DNA of 63,245 nucleotides from Rhodanobacter sp. (GTDB lineage Bacteria; Pseudomonadota; Gammaproteobacteria; Xanthomonadales; Rhodanobacteraceae). The notes under the pieces are model-generated. The model was not told where the DNA came from. It did no database searches and was given only the letters and a program-made list of their open reading frames with translations. The stretch is taken from positions 1-63,245 of the forward strand of contig JBDTZX010000330.1 in the NCBI GenBank assembly GCA_040004895.1, read 5' to 3'. The number at the start of each line of letters is the position of its first letter. Position 1 is the stretch's first letter. Made by a program: the position numbers and the translations under genes. Positions 57,929 through 63,245 of the stretch are shown here, one piece after another.

Positions 57929-57955
57929 TGTCGATTTTTGCAGGTGCCGTTCGTT
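57929..57955 (+). promoter_or_regulatory. ECF42-like promoter copy 5 (TGTCGA-N16-TCGTT) upstream of DGPF/YciI gene
   Basis: Motif with one mismatch in the -10 element, about 70 bp upstream of the ATG. Confidence 0.7.
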
Positions 57956-58027
57956 GCATGGTTGGCCGGACAGTTTGCGGGGGAATAGCCATCCGCGAGC
58001 CGGCTCAACCCACCAGGAGACGGATCC

Positions 58028-58387
58028 ATGCAGTTCCTTTCAATGATCAGGATCAACGAAAGCAGTACGAAGCAACCCGACGAGCGACTCATGAACGACA
58101 TGGGCGCGCTTCTGGAAGAGCTGACCAGGGCGGGAATCATGATCGACACCGCCGGCCTGCGCCGCACGTCCGAAGGTGTTCGGGTGAAGCTGTCCGGTGG
58201 AAAGATCAGTCAGGTCGATGGTCCCTTTACCGAAACCAAGGAAGTGATCGGCGGCTACGCGATCGTCGAGGCAGCCACGAAGGAAGAGGCTGTCCAGCTT
58301 GCCCGCCGATTTCTGGAGGTCCACGGCGTTGGCTGGGATATCGAATGCGAGGTGCGGCAGATGGAGCGGCATCCAGGAGCTTGCTGA
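58028..58387 (+). CDS. YciI-family DGPF protein
   Basis: VDGPFTETKEVIGGY and ECEVRQ; AGGAG RBS. Confidence 0.92.
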   Translation: MQFLSMIRINESSTKQPDERLMNDMGALLEELTRAGIMIDTAGLRRTSEGVRVKLSGGKISQVDGPFTETKEVIGGYAIVEAATKEEAVQLARRFLEVHGVGWDIECEVRQMERHPGAC

Positions 58388-58585
58388 AGCCGTCTTCGTT
58401 CCGGATGGCGGTCAGCCTGCTTCGGTTTCTGCACGTGCTTCAGCGTCGGCAATCACAAAGTGAAACATCTCTGTCATCCAGGTTGCCTAGGGTGACCGGA
58501 TGACGCATACATCGGATACCCCCAGCCACGGTTCTGCCGCGGGCCTTGTGGAAAACGGAAATTGTTCCACCCCGGCAGACCGCCC

Positions 58586-60223
58586 ATGACGGTCTCGCGT
58601 CGCCAATTCCTGCGTGGAGCGGGCAGCGTGGTCGGGGGCATCGCGCTTGCCGATGCGTGGCGCTTCGCATCGGCGCAAACCATGCCGATGCCAACGCGCA
58701 TGGCGATGCCGACGCTGGCTGCGTCGAAGGTGCCGCTGGTGAATCCGGTGACGCTCACACGTTTCGTCGATGCCTTGCCGGTGCCGCCGCTGGCAAGGCC
58801 GGCGGGGCAGCGGACTCATCCGGCGTATCCGGGCCGCAGCTTGCCGTATTACCGGATGGAGATGCGTGCCTTCCGTGCGCGCCTGCATCGCGACCTGCCG
58901 CCGACACCGCTGTGGGGCTACGACGGCCACTCGCCGGGACCCACGTTCGAGACCATGCGCGGAGAGCCGCTGCTGATCGAATGGGTCAACGCACTGCCGT
59001 CGAGACACTTTCTGCCGATCGATCACAACGTCCACGGCGCGGAGCGCTCCAGGCCTGAGGTACGCGCGGTGACCCACGTGCACGGTGCGCGCGTGCCGGC
59101 CGGCAGTGACGGCTGGCCGGAAGACTGGTACGCGCCCGGTCACTCGGCAACCTTCCACTATCCCGGCGCGCAGGACGCGGCGAGCCTGTGGTACCACGAT
59201 CACGCCATGGGCATCACCCGACTCAACATTTATGCCGGGCTGTACGGTGCGTTCAATGTGCGCGATGCCGAAGAGCAGGCGCTCGGCCTGCCATCGGGCG
59301 AATGCGATCTGCCGCTGATCCTGTGCGATCGCCTGATCGCCCGGGACGGCCAGCTTTACTATCCGGTTTCGGACGATCCTTCCGCGCCATGGGTATCGGA
59401 ATGCCGCGGCAACGCCGTGCTGTGCAACGGCAAACTGTTTCCATATTTCGAGGTCGAACCGCGACGCTACCGACTTCGCTTCATCAACGTGGCCAACACC
59501 CGCTTCTTCGACCTGTCGCTGTCGCATGGGCAGACGTTCCGGCAAATCGCCAGCGACCAGGGCCTGCTCGAGGCGCCACTGGAACGCAGGCGCATCGAAC
59601 TGTATCCGGCCGAGCGCGCCGATGTGGTGGTGGATTTTTCCGGTCTGGCGGGACGATCGGTACATCTGCAGGAACAGTCCGATGCCATCCTGGAATTCCG
59701 CGTACGGGATCGCGGGCGCCACGACACATCGCTGCTGCCGGCGACGTTGCGACACGTGCCGCGCATCGATCCCGCCCGCGCGGTGCGCGATCGTCAGCTG
59801 ACCGTCGGCGAGCAGGACGATGCCAGTGGCAATCCGATGATGATGCTGCTCGACGGCAAGATGTGGTCCGACCCGATCAGCGAAACGCCGAAGCAGGGCA
59901 CGATCGAAACCTGGAGCTTCGTGAACATCACCGGGGACGCACATCCGATCCACCTGCACCTGGTACGTTTCCAGATCATCGACCGGCGCCCGTTCGACCT
60001 GTTCGCGTGGAACGCGAAGCGCCGCGTCAGATATACCGGTCCGCCGCAACCACCCGCGCCGCACGAAGCGGGCTGGAAGGACACCGTGCGCGCCGATCCG
60101 GGCATGGTCACGCGCATCGCGATGCGCTTCGAGGGCGAGCCCGGTCGCTACGTGTGGCACTGCCACTATCTCGAGCATGAAGACAACGAAATGATGCGGC
60201 CGTATCGGCTGCTGCCCGCGTAA
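58586..60223 (+). CDS. Tat-exported multicopper oxidase (CotA/bilirubin oxidase-like)
   Basis: SRRQFL Tat signal; HVHG, WYHDH, HPIHLH and HCHYLEHEDNEMM copper motifs. Confidence 0.93.
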   Translation: MTVSRRQFLRGAGSVVGGIALADAWRFASAQTMPMPTRMAMPTLAASKVPLVNPVTLTRFVDALPVPPLARPAGQRTHPAYPGRSLPYYRMEMRAFRARLHRDLPPTPLWGYDGHSPGPTFETMRGEPLLIEWVNALPSRHFLPIDHNVHGAERSRPEVRAVTHVHGARVPAGSDGWPEDWYAPGHSATFHYPGAQDAASLWYHDHAMGITRLNIYAGLYGAFNVRDAEEQALGLPSGECDLPLILCDRLIARDGQLYYPVSDDPSAPWVSECRGNAVLCNGKLFPYFEVEPRRYRLRFINVANTRFFDLSLSHGQTFRQIASDQGLLEAPLERRRIELYPAERADVVVDFSGLAGRSVHLQEQSDAILEFRVRDRGRHDTSLLPATLRHVPRIDPARAVRDRQLTVGEQDDASGNPMMMLLDGKMWSDPISETPKQGTIETWSFVNITGDAHPIHLHLVRFQIIDRRPFDLFAWNAKRRVRYTGPPQPPAPHEAGWKDTVRADPGMVTRIAMRFEGEPGRYVWHCHYLEHEDNEMMRPYRLLPA

Positions 60224-60437
60224 GTTCTTTCAGCGTTTGGTGCGCTGACGCACATCGTCGAGTGCTGTCGCCGCACTGTCATGCTGCGCGCCATCGCTGT
60301 CGCGCGAGTGCCAACCCAGCGTCATCTGCACAACCCACACTGCCGCCGGTCAGCGCAGCGCGATGCGCACGCTGGCACACATCAGGGGGATTACACGAAG
60401 GGCAGTCCTTGCCGATCGTCTGCAGGAGATTCAGATC

Positions 60438-62477
60438 ATGCGAACCATGTTTGGACGCGAGCGGTTGAAACCGCTTTTCATCGGCTTGCTGGTCACCGGC
60501 CTTGCCGGCGCCGCCAGCGCACAGAACACCACGCCGCCCGACCGCGACGCGGTCTTTCGCCGGCATGTGCCAACCGCTGCCACGGAGCATCCGGCCGGCC
60601 TGCCCGGTGGCATCATCACGCTGCATCGCCCCGGCCATCCGGGTGACCGCAGCGACATCACGCTCACGCCGATCAAGCATGTGATCCTGCTGATCGGCGA
60701 GAACCGCACGTTCGACCACGTCTACGCCACTTACCAGCCGCCGCGCGGGCAGAGTGTGCGCAACCTGCTGTCCGAAGGCATCGTGAAAGCCGACGGCACG
60801 CCCGGCCCGAATGTCGCGCTCGCGCGCCAGTGGCAGGCCTCCAGTACCGGCGCGTTCTCGCTCGCGCCGATGCACACCACGCCGTATGCACTGCTGCCGA
60901 AGATGAATACCGGTGGCGCACCGACCCAGGCTCCGTTCGCTTCGGCCGCGCAGGCGCAGTCGATCGAGCCGGCATTGCCGCAGGATGCGTATGCCGAACT
61001 CGCCGAAGGTGGCACCGGCCTGCCGAATGGCGTGGTCGATACACGCTTTCCCGCCAGCCTGCCGAACGCGCCGGTCGACATGCACGCCTCGATCACCGCC
61101 AACGACTATGCCAACAGCCCGGTGCACCGGTTCTTCCAGATGTGGCAGCAACTGGACTGCAGCGCGAATGCCGCCACGTCGCACAACCCGAGCGGCTGTC
61201 GTGCGGATCTGTTCCCCTGGGTCGAGACCACCATCGGTGCCGGCAACAACGGTGCCGTGCAACCGGCGGGATTCAACGACCAGAGCACCCGTGAGGGCTC
61301 CACCGCGATGCAGTTCCTCAACATCGCCAAGGGGGACGCGGCGTACTTTGCCGAACTCGCCCGCAACTACACCATGAGCGACAACTTCCATCAGTCGGTG
61401 ATGGGCGGCACCGGTGCCAACCACATCATGCTCGGCTACGGCAATCCGATCTTCTATGCCGATGCGCAAGGCAACCCCGCCGTTCCGCCGATCAACCAGA
61501 TCGAGAATCCCGACTCGCAACCCGGTACCAATAACTGGTGGGTGCAGGACGGCTACAGCGGCGGCTCCTACGTCAACTGCGCGGATGACACGCAGCCCGG
61601 CGTCGGGCCGGTGAAGAAGTACCTGAAGTCGCTGCCGTATCGCACGTTCCGCGGCACCGATTGCAAGAAGAGCGCGTACTACCTCGTCAACAACTACAAC
61701 CCGGGCTACCTCGGTGACGGCACCCCGGCGCCGCTGGGCAGCACGCAGTTCACCATCCCGCCGACCACGCAGGACAACATCGCGCTGTTGCTCACTCACC
61801 ACAACGTGAGCTGGAAGTACTACGGCGAAGGCTGGGGCGACGGCAAGGAAAATGGCGAGGCCGGTACCTATTGCAATATCTGCAACCCGTTCCTGTATTC
61901 CACCCAGGTGATGACCGATCCGACCCTGCGTGCCAACAACCAGGATATCAACGACCTCTACACCGATATCCAGAACGATACCCTGCCGGCTGTTTCCATC
62001 GCCAAGCCCGATGGCATTCTGGACGGCCATCCGGCATCGTCGAAGCTCGAACTGTTCGAAGGCTACGTAAAGAAGATCGTCGACATGGCCAAGGCCAATC
62101 CGAAGGTCTGGAACGACACCGTGATCATGGTGACCATGGACGAAGGCGGCGGCTACTACGACTCCGGATACGTGCAGCCGATCGACTTCTTCGGTGACGG
62201 TACGCGCATTCCGCTGCTGGTGATCTCGAAGTACTCCGAGGGTGGCCGCGTGGTGCACACGTACTACGATCATGTGTCCTTCGACAAGTTCGTCGAGGCC
62301 AACTGGGGGCTGTACGACACCATCTCGCAGCGCAGCCGCGACAACCTGCCCAACCCGATCTCGCGACGCGACGACCCGTACGTACCGGTCAATTCGCCAG
62401 CCATCGGCAACCTGATGGACATGTTCGACTTCGGTCGCTACGGCTGGCGGGATGTCACTGCCACCACCCGGGACTGA
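60438..62477 (+). CDS. Phosphoesterase family protein (phospholipase C/acid phosphatase AcpA-like), secreted
   Basis: IKHVILLIGENRTFDH, SDNFHQSVMGGTGANH, DGHP, DEGGGYYD, GTRIP and YDHVS. Confidence 0.9.
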   Translation: MRTMFGRERLKPLFIGLLVTGLAGAASAQNTTPPDRDAVFRRHVPTAATEHPAGLPGGIITLHRPGHPGDRSDITLTPIKHVILLIGENRTFDHVYATYQPPRGQSVRNLLSEGIVKADGTPGPNVALARQWQASSTGAFSLAPMHTTPYALLPKMNTGGAPTQAPFASAAQAQSIEPALPQDAYAELAEGGTGLPNGVVDTRFPASLPNAPVDMHASITANDYANSPVHRFFQMWQQLDCSANAATSHNPSGCRADLFPWVETTIGAGNNGAVQPAGFNDQSTREGSTAMQFLNIAKGDAAYFAELARNYTMSDNFHQSVMGGTGANHIMLGYGNPIFYADAQGNPAVPPINQIENPDSQPGTNNWWVQDGYSGGSYVNCADDTQPGVGPVKKYLKSLPYRTFRGTDCKKSAYYLVNNYNPGYLGDGTPAPLGSTQFTIPPTTQDNIALLLTHHNVSWKYYGEGWGDGKENGEAGTYCNICNPFLYSTQVMTDPTLRANNQDINDLYTDIQNDTLPAVSIAKPDGILDGHPASSKLELFEGYVKKIVDMAKANPKVWNDTVIMVTMDEGGGYYDSGYVQPIDFFGDGTRIPLLVISKYSEGGRVVHTYYDHVSFDKFVEANWGLYDTISQRSRDNLPNPISRRDDPYVPVNSPAIGNLMDMFDFGRYGWRDVTATTRD

Positions 62478-62484
62478 GAACGTT

Positions 62485-62525
62485 GCGAACCGCGCCTTGC
62501 CCGCCATCGCGGGCAAGGCGTTCGC
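62485..62525 (+). terminator. GC-rich hairpin after the phosphoesterase gene (terminator-like or mRNA stabiliser)
   Basis: 12-bp stem CGCCTTGCCCGC/GCGGGCAAGGCG with CATC loop, extendable by GCGAA/TTCGC; weak U-tract. Confidence 0.5.
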
Positions 62526-62585
62526 GTGTCCGGTGGCGCTCGCGCTCGCGCGTGCCACCGCATGCACTTGACCAGGAGCACATCG

Positions 62586-63062
62586 ATGACCTGTTTCATT
62601 CCGTTTGCCCAGCGCCGCGGCTGCGTCGTGACCAGTCGCGCCGTTGCCTTCGCACTCATCGTCCTCGCCGCCCTTGTCAGTCCGCCCAGCCGCGCCGATC
62701 CGGGCGACTTCGGCGCGATGCCGGGATTGTGGAAGACCGTGATGACACCGGTCGACCATGGCCGGCGCGGCAAGCCGGTCAAGGCTTGGCACTGCGTTGA
62801 CGAAGGTGCCGATCCATGGCTGGCGTTCGCGAGTATTTCGATTCCCGTCCTCGATCCGTGCCGACGCACGGATCCGCACCGCGGCAGCACGGCACTGGCC
62901 TGGACGCTGGACTGCGTCGGCACGTCACCGACGCACGGCCGCGGCCGCGTGGATTTCGATTCCGCCGAACACTACACCGCCAGCGTCACGCTGCAGGATC
63001 GCGGTGATGTCGTGCAGGTGGAAGGCAGGCGCTACGCGGCGTGCACCAGTCCCAGCGACTGA
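62586..63062 (+). CDS. Secreted DUF3617-like protein
   Basis: AGGAG RBS; signal peptide; PGLW, spaced cysteines and C-terminal EGRRYAAC. Confidence 0.7.
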   Translation: MTCFIPFAQRRGCVVTSRAVAFALIVLAALVSPPSRADPGDFGAMPGLWKTVMTPVDHGRRGKPVKAWHCVDEGADPWLAFASISIPVLDPCRRTDPHRGSTALAWTLDCVGTSPTHGRGRVDFDSAEHYTASVTLQDRGDVVQVEGRRYAACTSPSD

Positions 63063-63245
63063 TCGCGGATAGGCGATTGACTCGCGAGGTGCAATCAGGT
63101 GTCCTCGGCAGTGATCGCCGGCATCCGCTGCAGTGGATTGCCGCAGATCCTTCTTTCAGCACGGGGCATCAGCGCATGCGGTCACGTCACTCCACGTTGT
63201 TCCGGCGGTTCGCCTGCGCGGGATGGCTGCTGGCAGCCGGTTCGG

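Noticed and set aside
1-63245. CRISPR arrays, tRNA/rRNA genes, integron attC arrays, prophage or intact IS elements
   Set aside because: No regularly spaced repeats, cloverleaf-like sequences, integrase or phage genes were seen by eye. Short or degenerate RNAs could have been missed.

Overview
A GC-rich (roughly 63-65% by eye) bacterial chromosomal window. Gene content suggests Xanthomonadales (Rhodanobacter/Dyella-like), which is an inference. It is a patchwork of about 55 accessory genes: secreted hydrolases (GH27, sialidase-like, GH144-like, esterases, G1/M61/M90 peptidases, D-aminoacylase-like, phosphoesterase), two unlinked flavin-dependent halogenases, a multicopper oxidase, many small stress/detox proteins (VOC, GST, DUF1428, DUF899, DUF1801, YciI/DGPF, EthD, ABM), several regulators and three c-di-GMP enzymes. 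I found no rRNA, tRNA or CRISPR array and no intact mobile element; three gene remnants are visible. Main highlights: (1) a split-borosin RiPP operon at 39.1-42.1 kb (alpha-N-methyltransferase, a precursor with an unusual Pro/His core and acidic tail, and a periplasmic TPR-like/TM/GGDEF cyclase); (2) a FecR-domain / OmpA lipoprotein / CHASE2-HD-GYP triad at 13.6-16.7 kb, organised like YfiBNR but with a phosphodiesterase output; (3) one promoter-like motif, KGTCGA-N16-TCGTY (ECF42-like), correctly oriented upstream of five scattered small genes; (4) a perfect 18-bp inverted repeat between divergent genes next to an XRE/MmyB-like regulator. All family calls come from motif recognition by eye, with no database searches.
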